DNA of 64,000 nt from Octopus vulgaris (lineage: Eukaryota): positions 115,878,001 to 115,942,000 of the forward strand of contig OX597823.1 of the NCBI GenBank assembly GCA_951406725.2, written 5' to 3'. The first letter of the stretch is position 1, and each line of letters opens with the position of its first letter. Shown in pieces: positions 13,216-27,980 of the stretch. Both the position numbers and the translations under genes were made by a program. The notes under the pieces were generated by a model, which saw nothing but the letters and a program-made list of their open reading frames with translations, was not told where the DNA came from and did no database searches.

Positions 13216-14376
13216 TATGTGTGTGTACACATACACACACACACATGCATTTTATATATTGATAAAATAAATATTTCATATCTGTCATTCATTTCTGAGT
13301 GTAGATCATGAAACAAATGTTTTCAGTTGTAGAATGGTTTCTCTGAATAGCTTCCAGAGTTTACTGGCATTTTATGTATGTGAATCCCATATGACTCATG
13401 GTGTGCACGCAAACACACAGACATTCACACATACACAAACACACACACACACACACACACATTCACATTTACATTCACACACATGTATAAACATGTGCAT
13501 GCACATACATCTTTATACATGCACACACACGTGTGTGAACACACAGACACACACACACACTAACACATACCACCTACATACACAGAGATCCAAACCTCTA
13601 ACCTTTTCATCAATAACAAAGCACTTTCAAACAGTCAATGTCCCTTCCAAGGTCCATTACCTTAATTTTTTGGACCCCCCCCCATTCCCTTCCATGTCTC
13701 CCTGCAAGTATATATTTGCTTCCATATTCACTGCAGTAGCTTTATTATCTTCCTTCATCCGCCTGGTAGGAGAAAAATCTCTGGAGACAAAAGCAATGAC
13801 AATTCATCTGTCACACAACACTGTTAGACAACTCAGGGACATGAACGAGACACTCGGATCAATAAATGCTTCAGAGCTGACCCAGTTGTTACAGGTGTTA
13901 GTTAAATATTCATTATTAAACTTTGTGATCATTATTACATGTTCACTGAGTAAAGCACAAAATGGAACGGAATTCATTCATGCTTATTCTTTCACTATTC
14001 AAAACTGGTAAATAATTCCAAGAACTTTTAGAAGAGTTGGCAAAGTTGACCAACTGTGAACAAAATTCCATTGAATTCAATTGAGATTATTGATCTGTAT
14101 TGAATGCCATGTAAAAGACAACAGCTACATGAAGTCTGGTAGAAGACACAAGAGGGAAAACGGTAAATGAATAAATAATGTACAATAATGTCTTTGATGC
14201 TGCTGTAGCTGCATGGCTCTGAGTTTTCATAGTCAGCAGCCTGTGAGGGTTTTGTGTAGAACAACAGTCTTTACAGTGAGGTATAAACTTTCAGAGTAGA
14301 ATACAACAAACTGAATGGCAACAACTCTCTATTTTGAAGGGTTCTGTTGTAATAACAGTCTGTCTTTTACATTACA

Positions 14377-14786
14377 CTAGCAGCTAAGACCGGTTTCATC
14401 CGGTCTGTTTGGATGATGTGGCTGTGATCGTTTTCGGTTAGGCATAATCTATAACAGCTTTTCTCAACCTTATCATTTCGGGTCCCCTGTTTCGATTGGA
14501 GCCTCCAGCTGTATGAAAATTTCCTGGCCCCACCCCGTCAGAAAACAGCTTCTAAGCAACTGGTTGCTTTAATGGCAGAAGAAAGAGGGGAATTCCATTA
14601 GAAAAAGTTTTAATCGATTTTCTCGGTAAGTATAGAGGCTAAGTTAAAAATACAAACTGCATTCCAATCTATGCACCCATCTCCACATGTGTGCCATTCT
14701 TCACGTGAAGCCACCCAGCCGTTTGGCTGTGAACCTCAAGACAAGAAAGAATACAGCAATCGCCCACGTCCAATTTATATTATAGA
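14377..14786 (-). mobile_element. Non-autonomous Helitron (410 bp)
   Basis: On the minus strand it begins TC (A|TCTATAATATAAA) and ends CTAG|T, with a subterminal hairpin GACCGG-n6-CCGGTC (14388-14405). It sits between A and T with no TSD. Confidence 0.8.
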
Positions 14787-14984
14787 TTAAAAATGTAGAT
14801 TTAATTATTTCCATTGTTTTCTGCATCCAGTTTAATGATGTTAGTGTTAAATGGGATGATTAAGAGAAAAATTAGTGGTTAGTTAACATTATTTCTTGTT
14901 CAACTCTTCAGCATTCAGAAATCGTCTTCAATTGTAAAGCTTTCATCATACATTATCGTTTTGTGTTGAGATTTTGATGATGTA

Positions 14985-15207
14985 CTTACTCTTTTACTTG
15001 TTTCAGTCATTTGACTGTGGCCATGCTGGAGCACCGCCTTTAGTAGAGCAAATCGACCCCAGGACTTATTCTTTGTAAGCCTAGTACTTTTTCTATTGGT
15101 CTCTTTTGCTGAACCGCTAAGTTACGGGACGCAAATGCACAAGCATCGGTTGTCAAGCGATGTTGGGGGACAAACACAGACACACAAACATATACACACA
15201 GATACAT

Positions 15208-15245
<38 letters not shown>

Positions 15246-15410
15246 GCATATATATGCATATATACAACAGGCTTCTTTCGGTTTCCATCTACCAAATCCT
15301 CTTACGAGGCTATAGTAGAAGACACTTGCCCAAAGTGCCATGCAGTGGGACTGAACCTGGAACCATGTGGTTGGTAACCAAGCTACTTACCACACAGCCA
15401 CTCCTACGCC
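14985..15410 (-). mobile_element. SINE family A
   Basis: Reverse complement of the family A consensus with an internal deletion. Confidence 0.85.
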
Positions 15411-16316
15411 TGATTGTTTATTTTTAGTATGGCATTGTAAGGTAGGTGTGAGAGGTTGACTACGGCCAATTTAAACATAAAACAGGTATAATATACGGGC
15501 TGGATATAGCCAGTTTAAATACTAAGGGTTAAAACAAGCAAGGGTCTATAATCTTTACTTTTTTTAATGTTAATACTGTACCCTGCACATATCTATTCGC
15601 CCTTCACTCTAGCATCTTTACAGTCTCTCCAAAACTACCTTTCGCTGTGCTAAAGTTGATGATGGTAGCCTTTAACTATTGTGACAAAGAGGAAAAGAGA
15701 GTTTCCAATGATAGGTCGGTTGTTTGATGTCCAGTTTGCATACCTGAAAAGAAGAGAATTGATACAGTCATTTGCTTATGGTCAAAGGGTTCTCACTTGT
15801 GAGACCCTATGTCTATACCTCATCATCTCCCAACCATGTGCAGCACTAACATAGTTAGTGTTAGTCCCCTTCTAAACACAATTAAGGTTTTTTATGGTGT
15901 TTGTGACTGCCATGATTTTGGCAATCTTTGCAGGGGCTGGATATTATTCCAATCATTAACTAATTTAAAAATAAATTGGGTGTATTTTATCATTCCTTCC
16001 ATATTTTTCTGACAGAACTGAAGGGTCCTTACTACTCTCTGTCAGCTTTTATTCTGTATTATTGCAGTCCTCGATATATTGCTTTTACTGTGCTGCTCGT
16101 GTTTCTTCCGTTTACAAATTTATTCAATGTTATTTTCTCCTAGCTGCATCACCTTAATTATGGTTGAGTGGCAATATCTTTCCACTATGCTGCAAACAAA
16201 ACATGTAGTATGGAAGTACAAAGTTGGTGAGGAGACAGAAGACTGGTGGGGGTTTGAGGAAATCTGAATTCCAAGACTGGTCATATCTCAGGTAGTAAGG
16301 TAATATCACATCTTGT

Positions 16317-16550
16317 CACGCTGGGCGAAATTACACCAGGTGAAATTACCAGGCGAAATGCTTAGCGGTATTTCATCTGCTGCTATGTTCTGAGTTCAAA
16401 TTCAGCTGGGGTCGACTTTGCTTTTCATCCTTTCGGGGTCGATTAAATAAGTACCAGTTATGCACTGGGGTCGATGTAATTGACTTAATCCGTTTGTCTG
16501 TTCTTATTTGTCCTCTCTATGTTTAGCCCTTATGGGCAATAAAGAAGTAA
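16317..16550 (+). mobile_element. SINE family B
   Basis: Family B core and tail. Confidence 0.8.
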
Positions 16551-16621
16551 ATATCACATCTTTTCATGATGTAGGCAATGGAAAGGTGTTGTGTGTGTGT
16601 GTGTGTGTGGGGAAGGTTATA

Positions 16622-16850
16622 CAGGGTTGGCCAAAAGTCACCCAACAATAAATTAAAATTCCATAAATACTATCTGTAATTCTGTTTTGGCTCAAATAGA
16701 AAAAAGGCATCGCTCAAGAAAGGCTTCACTTTGAACAATTTTCATGATGTATTTAGATGCTTTCATTAAATTCATACAGTCGTTAAACCTAAATAAATCT
16801 CGGAATTAGATAGTTTTGATTTACTGTCAGGTGATTTTTGGCCAACCCTG
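16622..16850. mobile_element. Tc1/mariner-type MITE (229 bp)
   Basis: TIRs CAGGGTTGGCCAAAAGTCACC and GGTGATTTTTGGCCAACCCTG (one mismatch), flanked by TA. Confidence 0.88.
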
Positions 16851-19092
16851 TATATATACGTGCGTGTGTGTTTGTGTTTGCCCCTGCCACCCCACCATCG
16901 CGTGACAACCAGTGTTGGTTTGGTTGTGTCCCTGTAATTTAGTACTTTAGCAAAGGAGACTGATAGAATATGTACCAGGCTTGAAATAAGATAGTAAAAG
17001 CTAAAAGATCTATCTATCTATGTCTGTCTGTCTGTCTGTCTACTCATTTTCCATTTGTCTCTTTCATTGTTCGCATACCCAAGTTTGCCTTTGTATTTCA
17101 TGTTGTTTATGTTTTGTGATGTCCTGTACCCGTATATGCCTATATATATATATATGTAAGTATGTACATGTATGTATGTATATATGCATATATATGTGTA
17201 TATATATATATATATATATTATGATGTAATTGAATACCATGCATCTATTTCCAAGTAAGGTTATCTTAATAATTTTGATGCAACTCTACCCTGTACTGTT
17301 CTCTCTCTCCTCCTTTCATTTTCTCTAATTCTGTTTTCTCCCCTTCAAGGGCACTGTTTATCCTCCTGACTAGAAGAGAGGGAAAAAAGGGCTTTTCTTA
17401 CTATAAGTACAAAACCAGAAATTTTGATGGAGCTGGGCTAGTCAATTATATCAACCCCACGTATTCAACTGGTACTTATTTCAGGAAATCCAAAAGGACG
17501 AAAGGCAAAAAATACACCTCAATAGAATTTGAAATCAGAACACGAAGACAGACGAAATGTCTCTAACCATTTTTTCCAGTGCAGGAATGATTCTGTCTGC
17601 TTGTGCTTGCCACCCTAAAAAGGCTTTTAGTAACCCTTTGTGCCATAGGCACATAGCCTGAAATTTTATGGGGAGTGGTCTAGTTGATTACATTGACCAT
17701 AATACTTGACTGGTACTTATTTTACCAACCCTAAATCAATAAAAGGCAAAACTGCCCACAGCAGAATTTGATCTCAGAACATAAAGGCAGATGAACTACT
17801 GCTAAACGTGTTATCTGGCATACTAATGACTCCGCCAGCTCACCATCTTAAAAGGCTTTAAATAACATCACCCAATTTCACTAGTATCTTTCCAACATTT
17901 AATTATAGCAGCATAATGTTGAAAACATGTAGCAGTTTACTTATTGCTACTCTGTTTTTGCTCTACTTAATTTGAACACCAGGAAATGGATGAAAAAATA
18001 TACAATAATTGTCAGTGAAAAATATTTCTAAACATTTTCTACCATCTTATAAATATCCAGAAAGTTTTTTCCATTTTTGTGCTGTATTTGTTTAATGTCT
18101 TTCTGTTAGACTATAATTTCATCCATTTGTCATCTCAGCTTTCACTATGAATGTTACTGTACATAATGTTATATTCACTTAGATGGATTTTATCCAAACA
18201 TTGTTATTGCGCAAGTAATTTCCTTTTTCTTCACTTCTACCATCATTTCTCCACAGATTTCTATTGTAGCTGAATTTGTACTTCTATATAAGATTGCAAG
18301 ACAGTACCCATTAACACAGTATAACCCTTTACAATGTGTACATAACACACACAAACTCACGTGCACATCAAATCTCTCAGTCACTCTTTCCCAAACACTT
18401 CCCACCTAGAACTGAGCTTACTGTTAGCAATAGCTATTATTTGATATTTTTCCTAAAACTTTCCATTTTCTTTACATCTTTTATTTGTCCCAGTAAAATA
18501 TCATTTTGAAATAATTTTATTGGCTTCTTGGAGAAATCCAAAAGATATTGGTTACATACCATTTGCAGGGAAATAAACTTCAGCTTAGCTACTTGAAGAT
18601 TATTATTTTGCAAACTTTCAGTCACGATAATGTGAATGCCACATTCATCGTTGGTTGTTCTTCGATGATGTATTCAAGTGTAAGTCAGTCACATTTAGAC
18701 CAAACATTATTTGCAGTGTGTAGAAAAGCATTTGGTGTAATGTGATATTCAGATATGCAGATAGTCTAAAACTAATATCAAACACCTATTGTTGTAACCT
18801 CTGTTAATCCTTGCTGATTTCATCAATGCTATTATTCTATTAGACTTTGGGAAATAACTTTTAATCCATTGTGAAGCGAAGTTATTCAATCTGTGTCGTG
18901 AAAGCCAGTTTTTATTATTCTTCCATATGTATCCTCGTGTAATATACAGGGAAAGTTAAGTTGCTGGAATATTGCCTTCATGATTTTGAATTCAAACCTG
19001 GTCATAGCCATTGTGTTGGGACCTGAGATAGGAGCTCCTAACTCTGTAGAGCTTATTTTTCTTGCTTAAACAGTGTCCATTACACCTTCATA

Positions 19093-19326
19093 CCTATTTC
19101 TTTACTACCCATAAGGGGCTAAACACAGAGGGGACAAACAAGGACAGACAAACAGATTAAGTCGATTATATCGACCACAGTGCGTAACTGGTACTTATTT
19201 AATCGACCTCGAAAGGATGAAAAGCAAGGTCGACCTTGGTGGAATTTGAACTCAGAACGTAGCGGCAGAGGAAATACTGCTGAGCATTTCGCCCGGCATG
19301 CTAACGTTTCTGCCAGCTCGCTGCCT
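19093..19326 (-). mobile_element. SINE family B, full length
   Basis: Reverse complement of ggcagcgagctggcagaaacgttagc...gtagtaaagaaatagg. Confidence 0.85.
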
Positions 19327-19613
19327 TTAGGTGTTTAAGCACACACTCACACAAACTATTGTAATCTATTCTCTCTCATTCAAATGCTAACCCATCCTGT
19401 CTTTCTCTCTGTCTCTCAGTATATACAAATATAATCAAACCTGAACAGCTCCTAGTGAGCTACATATGTGACCTTTTTTAAGTTTCTAGTGGAAGCCATC
19501 TTTATTTTTAGTGCTCATCTCTTTACAAAAAGGCATCAAGATCACACTGTAAACATTCCTTCACTCTGCTTTAGTCCACAATTGTATTCAATCCATGTTA
19601 GGTTATCAAATAT

Positions 19614-19843
19614 ATTTCTTTACTACCCACAAGGGGCTAAACACAGAGGGGACAAACAAGGACAGACAAACGGATTAAGTCGATTCCATCGATCCCAGTG
19701 CGTAACTGGTACTTAATTTATCGACCCTGAAAGTATGAAAAGCAAAGTCGACCTCGGCAGAATTGGAACTCAGAACGTAACGGCAGACAAAATACGGCTA
19801 TGCATTTCGCCCAGCATGCTAACGTTTCTGCCAGCTTGCCGCC
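19614..19843 (-). mobile_element. SINE family B, full length
   Basis: Near-identical to 19093-19326. Confidence 0.85.
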
Positions 19844-20582
19844 TAATGTTAGATTATCAAATTGTTAACCCACACCATAATACAATGTACATCAAAGCAT
19901 AGTAAATGAATGACAGAACATTATTTTAAAAGAGGATTCAGTTAGTCTCTTGAACTGCAATAAACATTCTTTTGATGTGCAAACCAATCCTCAAGATACA
20001 GTTTGCCATCATTCACCAGTGAAGAATGGTTTGGTAAAAGGCACCATGGTTTGACTAAGTGTTTTAGATGCCTATGTAGTCACAGCAGACAGAGGCCATC
20101 TTTCCCACCTAAACTTAACCTTGTGAAACATCCAGGATGTGACAGCTGGAGACAGGGCAGCACCAGCATCCAGCTGGTACTTATTTTAGCTGCATTTGGC
20201 AATGTAAAGTGAAATGCCTTGCTCAAAGACACAATGCACAACTCAGTCCGGGAATTGGACCCATAACTTTATGATCGAACACCCTAATCACTAGGCCATA
20301 TGCTTTCACAAACCAACATGCATTCCAGAAATATCTATGCTTGTTTCCTTTATCATAAAGTCCTGTCTCATCACATCAGGTACACAGGCCAGTCATAATA
20401 GTATTTACTTCAATGAAGTTCCATAAGTACTTCCAAGTTACAATTATTTATTGATTGCAGACGTCTTCAGATTTCTGATTCATCTAAAAGATGTTGCTAT
20501 TATCTTTGAAAACCAATGGATAAATAACATATATAAAGTACCTTTGTAGAATGGCTACTGTCGATGAAGTGTCATTGACTCA

Positions 20583-20826
20583 CCTATTTCTTTACTACCC
20601 ACAAGGGGCTAAACACAGAGAGGCCAAACAAGGACAGACAAATGGATTAAGTCGATTACATCGACCCCAGTGCGTAACTGGTACTTAATTTATCGACCCT
20701 GAAAGGATGGATTGCAAAGTCGACCTTTGAAAATCAAAGTTGACATTTGAACTCAGAATGTAACGGCAGACGAAACACGTTTACGCATTTCGTCCGGCGT
20801 GCTAACGATTCTGCCAGCTCGCTGCC
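20583..20826 (-). mobile_element. SINE family B, full length
   Basis: Near-identical to 19093-19326, with a short internal duplication. Confidence 0.85.
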
Positions 20827-23800
20827 CTTATTGACTCACCTACCTGAGCAGTGTCCTGCAGCAATAGGCAACAGAATTAACCATTGCCTATAGCAGTCAT
20901 GAGCTAACTGCTACCCACAGGACTTTCTAAATGGTATGCCTAATGGAAAATTACCTTGAATGATTTTAGTAGTGCAGCCTACCTGATGAGTCGTATTTCA
21001 TGTGGTGTGCTTCTTCAAAAGAGTTGTTCACACCTGGTGCAAAGACAATCAATGATTAAAAAAACAGGATATTTTTGCTTCTCTTTTGTTTCTTTTATCT
21101 TTTATTTGTTTCAGTCATCAGACTGTGGCCAAGCTGGAGCACCACCTTGAAGAGCTTTTAGTTGAATGAATTGACCCCATTGCTTATTTTATCTTCGTTT
21201 AAACCTGATACTTATTCTATCAGTATCTTTTGTCAAACCACTAAGTTACAGGGATGTAAATGCACCAACACCAATTGGTGCAAGTGGTGATGGAGGACAA
21301 ATACATGCACAAAGACACACACACACACACACACATATGTACACACACACACACACATGTGTACACAAATACATACATACATACATACGTACGTACATAC
21401 ATGTATATATGTATGTGTGTATATAAATATATATATATAAATTTATGTAAATAAGGATAAGATCATTAATTTAAATACTGATCTTATCAGGTGACCAGCA
21501 TGGGAATAAAAACCTTCAAAGGTAATAATTATTATTAAAATTATAATTTAGGGCATCTAAGAGATACCACCATGCTGGAAATAGCAGCCAAAGCTTGATC
21601 TAAAGCCACATTAAATGTTCAATACTGTATGAACATAATTTTATATATATATATATATACACAGCAGGCTTGTTTTCAGTTTCCGTCTACTAGATCCACT
21701 TACAAGGCTTTGGTTAGCCCAAGGCTATAGTAGAAGATACTTGCCCAAGGTGTCACACAGTGGGACAGAACGTGGAACCATGTAGTTACTAAGAAACATA
21801 TTACCCCCACAGTCACACCTGCACCTATGTAAATATATTTTTTTAATTGACATCGTAAATGTTCGTATAAAATATTCCTCAAAAACAACAAAATGTTTAT
21901 TACTTTTTAAATCGAATCCTTTCAAAAAGAAAGATTTTATTTGTATGCAAGAATATATTTTGGCTGCGAAATACTTGTTAGAGGAATGATAAAAGAATTA
22001 CATTCATAATATTTTTTAATAAATTACTTCAGTTGTCATCAATGCTTCACTGAATATTACCTGTTCATTTCAGAAATGTTAAAATTATAATTTTTTTTAG
22101 GAACTTTCTGTCAGAACTAGATTATATCCAAAATTCTGTGGAACAGAAAGGGGCAATGTGAAAGTCAGTTGCTTCTAACAGACAAATATCAGTGTTGAAA
22201 TGAATCTCTCTACTTATTAAACTGTTTTATTTGTGGTTTTATGCTTGAATTTATGCATAATATGCGTAGGTGTGTGTATGCATATGTATGTAGCCATTCT
22301 TCCTGCACGGTTAATCGCCTGAAGCAATATCTGACATTCTGGGATGTTTTGTGTGGTCTGTGGTGATATTAGGAATATTATTTATTGATAATATACCAAG
22401 TACTTTAATATTATAATTTATAGCAACATATGAATTTCTAAGATATATTTAGGCGTTGGAAAGATGTTGTGTGTGTCAATGAATGTAAAATTACAAGTGA
22501 AGAGTTAAAATCATCTTTATCTGTCTCCATCTATGATTGTTTATGAAAGACAAAATTATTCAGAAAGTGTTTTATATTCAGAATATATATTGTAGCCTAC
22601 AGGATGGAACAGAAGGCTCCTCAGTGTAACATTGTCTGAAACAATCTATTCTATATACAAGAGTTCAGCCAATATAGATTGAAATATTTGGCTAGATGTC
22701 AGATATCTGTTCATTTGTTTTTGCTTCTGTTTTTTTCAGCTCAGCATGGGTTAGATGAATACTTTACAGTTCTTCCCATCACTAATTCTTACCTGTTTTT
22801 CACTTAGGATATCTGTGCAAACAAAGCAGAGGATTTCTTAAAAGAAGTGACAACACCACCACTCATTGTTCACAACTTTTGTTGAGCATAAACATAAGCA
22901 AACACACAGATACACACATATACACATACATACACATATATGCATACATGTGTACATACATACAAAATACACACACACACACACACAAATGGGCTACTCT
23001 CAGTTTCCATCTACTAAATTCCCTTACAAGCCCTTGGTTGGCTAGGAGTTATAGCAGAAGATACTTGCCCAAGGTGTAGCATGCTGGGTCTGAACTAAGT
23101 AAAGTCATAAATCAAATGGATTCTATCACTGTGAAGGCTTTAAGTTAAATGAATCAAACCCTGGGCCTTTTTCTTTTTAAATCTGTTTCTTATTCTATCA
23201 GTTTCTTTTGCCAAACTACTCAGTTATGGTATTATAATGGAAAGAAGGATTTTATGATACTTTTGGGGTATCTTCTTCCATTATAATTATTCTGTTGATT
23301 CAAGGAGCTGGAAATACGAAGAATGAAGCTCTCAGGCAGAGAAGATTTAATGAATGTTTATTCACAGGTGCTTCATACAAGGGGTTTGCTTTCAGTATCC
23401 ATCTTCACAGCAGTGCATGGTTGGCTTTCTCTCCCATACACGTGAGGTTCAATAAACTCTGGAGACAATGCATGTGGTATCACAGTGGGACAAAAGTCTG
23501 CTGTGAGCTCCTGGCTTCGAAGTCTTGCTCAGCATCAGCATGAGAAGAAAAATAAGAGGGGAACATGTTGTCTTTTCCTTAAATAATGGTTGCAGGCGAG
23601 ATCTCGCTGTTGCAAATGGCGCTGGCTTCTTTGTGCCTTGCTACAGTATCATAAACAAACCAACACTGGATGTCAGGAAGTGGTTGAGGACAGATACAAA
23701 TACACACACACACACACAAACGGACACACGGACACACACACACAAACGGACACACACACACAAACGGACACACGGACACACACACATGTTTATATACAAT

Positions 23801-23994
23801 GGGTTTCTTTCAGTTTCTGTCTACCAAATCTGCTCATAAGGCTTTGGTCAGCCTGAGGCTATAGTAGAAAACACTTGCTGAAGTTACCATGCAGTGTGAT
23901 TGAACCTGGAGCCATTTAGTTAGGAAGCAAGCTTCTTACCACAGATCCACACTTGAACCTGTATATGTATGTATGTGTGGTCATGCAGGTATCT

Positions 23995-24586
23995 AGACTC
24001 CCTCTTTGCTGTCAAATCTTTCCATCCTGCCCTCCACTTATCCTGCACTATCTCTGACACCTCTGTCTCCTTTCTTAACATTTTGGTCAACATGCATCAC
24101 TCCACTCTCAGCACTTCCATCCACTACAAGCACACAGACTCACACTCATACCTCAACTTCTCCTCCTCCTACCCTAAACACACCAAGCTTTCTATCCCCT
24201 ATTTCCAATTTCTCCGTCTAAGCAGGCACTGTAGTGACGACCATGACTTTGAGACTCAGTCTCAACTCATGGCTCACCAGCCCTCTTCCACATGCACATA
24301 CATACTCTCTTATACACTCATACACGCACCTTCGTTTTCAGATCACCACTACCTTATTATCTCCCCTTCTTCCTAGCTCTCCTGTGTGACCTCCCTGTCC
24401 GGCATTTGCCATGATGGATCGCTAGCCACTACACATTCTTTATTTTCTCTCCTTGTTCCTTTCTGTGGAAGAGCATGGGCTTGAAAAATTAAAGACTTTT
24501 TCATTTCCCGGGCATTAAACTAATACATCTATTTGTTGTCTACACCACCTGTCTTTGTCTTTTGTTTTTTTTTGTGAATTCTCCCT
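23995..24586 (+). mobile_element. Penelope-like retroelement fragment (RT C-terminal region plus terminal repeat family P)
   Basis: ORF 23969-24376 SFHPALH..TISDTSVSFLNI..STSIHYKHTDSHSYLNFSSSYPKHTKLSIPYFQFLRL fits the PLE RT thumb pattern (FLD..YxKPT..YL..SxHP). It is followed by the family P repeat at 24410-24586. Confidence 0.8.
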
Positions 24587-24909
24587 ATATATATAAATAA
24601 ATAAATGAATAAATATATATATATATGTATGTATGTATATTCTAAAACACATACATCTGAGACTGTCATAGGTCAAACAACACATTGAAATGTGACTCCC
24701 TTTTGGGAGAATTCTTCCCTGAAGAAATACCTAATTAATGAGTTTCAGTATGAGGATTTAGATTAAATTAATTTAATTTCTGTAATTGACCTAATTGGAT
24801 ATTGAAACAGCTGTAGGACTGGAATTTCATTATACGGATTTGAATATCTTTAAATAAACTGATGTCTGCATTTCAATTTCTCCATTTTCTTCCTTTTCTC
24901 ATATATATA

Positions 24910-25343
24910 AGGCACCATTTGAGTGTGATCCTTACCAACGTCACCTTACTGGCACTTGTACCCGTGCTAGTTGGGTGCCAAAAGCACCATCTGAGCGTGA
25001 TCTTTGCCAGAGCGGCTAACTGGCTTCCGTGTCGGTGGCACATAAAAGGCACCATTCGAGCGTGATCGTTACCAGTGTCGCCTTACTGGCACCTGTGCTG
25101 GTGGCATGTTTAAAAAGATTCGAGCGAGGTCGTTGCCAGTACCGCCTGACTGGCTCCCATGCCGGTGGCATGTAAAAAGCACCCACTACACTCTCAGAGT
25201 GGTTGGCATTAGGAAAGGCATCCAGCTGTAGAAACACTGCCAGATCAAGATTGGAGCCTGGTGCAGCCATCTGGTTCGCCAGCCCTCAGTCAAAATCGTC
25301 CGACCCATGCTAGCATGGAAAGCAGACGTTAAACGATGATGAT
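24910..25343 (+). mobile_element. Family D repeat (RTE-like 3' end, internal tandem subrepeats, (GAT)n tail)
   Basis: aaggcaccatt subrepeats, then agcacccactacactctc...ggacgttaaacgatgatg-like tail. Other copies at about 35735, 45392, 49427, 53541, 54382 and 59365. Confidence 0.75.
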
Positions 25344-25498
25344 ATATATATATATATTTTTCATTTTATTTTATGTTTTTCTCCTTATTATCATATTTTA
25401 TTCTATAGGTCATTTAAAACACTTATTTCTTAATATAACTCTATATTTCTGAGATGAGGAAATATGCATAATACTTAATTCTTATTTCTCTGCGCATG

Positions 25499-25897
25499 GG
25501 CGCAGGAGTGGCTGTGTGGTAAGTAGCTTCCTTACCAAACACATGGTTCCGGGTTCAGTCCCACCTTGGGCAAGTGTCTTCTACTATAGCCTCGGGCCGA
25601 CCAAAGCCTTGTGAGTGGATTTGGTAGACGGAAACTGAAAGAAACCCGTTGTCTATATGTATGTGTATATATTGTATGTATATGTTTGTGTGTCTGTGTT
25701 TGTCCCCCCAACATTGCTTGACAAACGATGTTGCTGTGTTTACGTCCCAGTAACTTAGCAGTTCGGCAAAAGTGACCGATAGAATAAATACTAGGCTTAC
25801 AAAGAATAAGTCCTAGAGTCGATTTGCTTGACTAAAGGTAGTGCTCCAGCATGGCCACAGTCAAATGACTGAAACAAGTAAAAGAGTAAAAGAGTAA
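25499..25897 (+). mobile_element. SINE family A
   Basis: Full head-to-tail match to family A. Confidence 0.85.
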
Positions 25898-26192
25898 ATA
25901 CATATATCACTATGACCATTATATTCTACTTTCATTCCCCACAAAACTTGAACCTGAAACCTCAACCTATCTATATGTAACATAGTTTCGTTGCTTTCTG
26001 ATTAATGTCTTTTTTGTTTGTTTTCTCTGACATTTATTTCTTATGATATCTTGTTAATGACTGTTATTGACTTAACTTTTAATTCAACTTAAATATAAAT
26101 CCCCAGAACTACCATTCTTTGATTACTACGTTCCACTTCTTTATATATACATGCTTGGCAGGTGTGACTTAAAAATTACAACTATAAAACTA

Positions 26193-26207
26193 TATAATAA
26201 TAATAGC

Positions 26208-26245
<38 letters not shown>

Positions 26246-26323
26246 TAATAATAATAATAGTGTAATCTGTTGTGTATATAGGAAACAGTGATGATGATGA
26301 TAATAATAATAGTAGTAGTAGTA

Positions 26324-26370
<47 letters not shown>

Positions 26371-26380
26371 CAACTAATAA
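26193..26380. repeat. (TAA)n/(TAG)n/(TGA)n compound microsatellite
   Basis: Directly visible. Confidence 0.95.
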
Positions 26381-26652
26381 CAAGAAATTGATTGCTTTCT
26401 AGGTAATAATTATCCCTTTAATCACATTCTCTGTCATTCTGTGATAAATAACATCACTTGGTAATTACTGTAAATTATTTTTCATTTTGCTTGTTAATTT
26501 GTCTTTTTTTTTTCCACTTTTCAAATTTCGAATTCTATATTAATGAATAAAATATCAGACAGAACTTCTTGAATATGAAACACTAATTATGACAAATTTT
26601 TCCCATAAAAATATTTCTTTTACACCAATAATTTTTATCATTTTTGGGGGTA

Positions 26653-26718
<66 letters not shown>

Positions 26719-27239
26719 AGAATGTATGCATCATAAAATGATGAATTTTATTGTTTGTACAGTTCAATAAATATTTAGATATTTATAATGTAAAGTTAGA
26801 TATACTATTTACCGTGGTGATTTTTCTTGTTATTGTTGTTGTTGCTGCTAATTTGGACTTAGACATTGGTGACTTCAATCAGAGACACTTTTGCTTACCA
26901 AAAAGCAAGGAAAAAAACCCCAAAAAAACAATTGGTCCAAGAATATTTGTTCACCCGATTCATCAGACATTATGAACAAGGTCCAAGTTTATATTTTATT
27001 TTACTTTTTATATGATCTTTCCGTTAATGTCAGACAGCGAAATGGTTTTATTATTTTTTTTTTCTATGATTTTTATATTTATATTCATACGTTGGACATC
27101 ATTTTACTTTCCCCCATAAAATTTTCATAATATTTTATGGAGTAAATTTTTCCTTTTCAAGTTTCAATTTTCAAAATTTATATATATTGTCAGCGTTACA
27201 TATGCGTGAGCAGGTTAGTGTGGTTTTCACTGCAAAATT

Positions 27240-27570
27240 ACTTGAATGTGCACCATGATGGTCACTCTGGAGTACTTGATGATTATGGATATGGTTCTAG
27301 AAATTAGGAGGAATCAAGGCTTCTAGAGTTCTATGACGCAAATGAGCTAACTATTTGCAACATAAATTTTTAGGAAAACCATTAACTACTTTATTGCCTT
27401 CCAATCAAGTGAATATGGAAGCCAGACAGACAAATTGTTGTAAACACTAAGTCCTTTCCTGGTGAAAATGTATCGTCTACTGCAGGCTCCTAGTTAGTGG
27501 CTTTGGAATAAGAATCTGGGAGAAAAACAAATAGCACTCTGGAGGAGGAATATGTAGAAACTAAAAATTC
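27240..27570 (+). mobile_element. Decayed apurinic-endonuclease fragment of an RTE-clade LINE
   Basis: Translation YGYGSRN*EESRLLEFYDANELTICNINF..RKP....NTKSFPGE, typical of the RTE APE C-terminal half. Confidence 0.65.
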
Positions 27571-27585
27571 CCTCTGCTAAATATA

Positions 27586-27980
27586 TACTCTTTTACTATT
27601 TAATTTGTGGCCATGCTGGAGCACCGCCTTTAGTTGAGCAAATTGACCCCGGGACTTATTCTTTGTAAGCCTAGTACTTAATCTATTGGCCTCTTTTGCC
27701 GAACCGCTAAGTTACGGGGACGTAAACACATCAGCATCGGTTGTCAAGTGATGTTGGAGTGACAAACACAGGCACACAAACATATACACACACATACATA
27801 TATATATACATATATATGATGGGCTTCTTTCAGATTCCGTCTACCAAATCCACTCACAAGGCTTTGGTCGGCCCGAGGCTATAGTATAAGACACTTGCCC
27901 AAGGTGCCACGTAGTGGGACTGAACCCGGAACCATGTGCTTGGTAAGCAAGCTACTTACCACACAGCCACTCCTACGCCT
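27586..27980 (-). mobile_element. SINE family A
   Basis: Reverse complement of family A. Confidence 0.85.

Noticed and set aside
13334-14011. 225-aa ORF
   Set aside because: The N-terminal half is a (CA)n translation (THTH), and the rest has no recognisable domain.
14897-15532. piggyBac-like MITE split by a SINE
   Set aside because: The right end AGGGTTAA fits, but the left TIR and TTAA are too degenerate to support a call.
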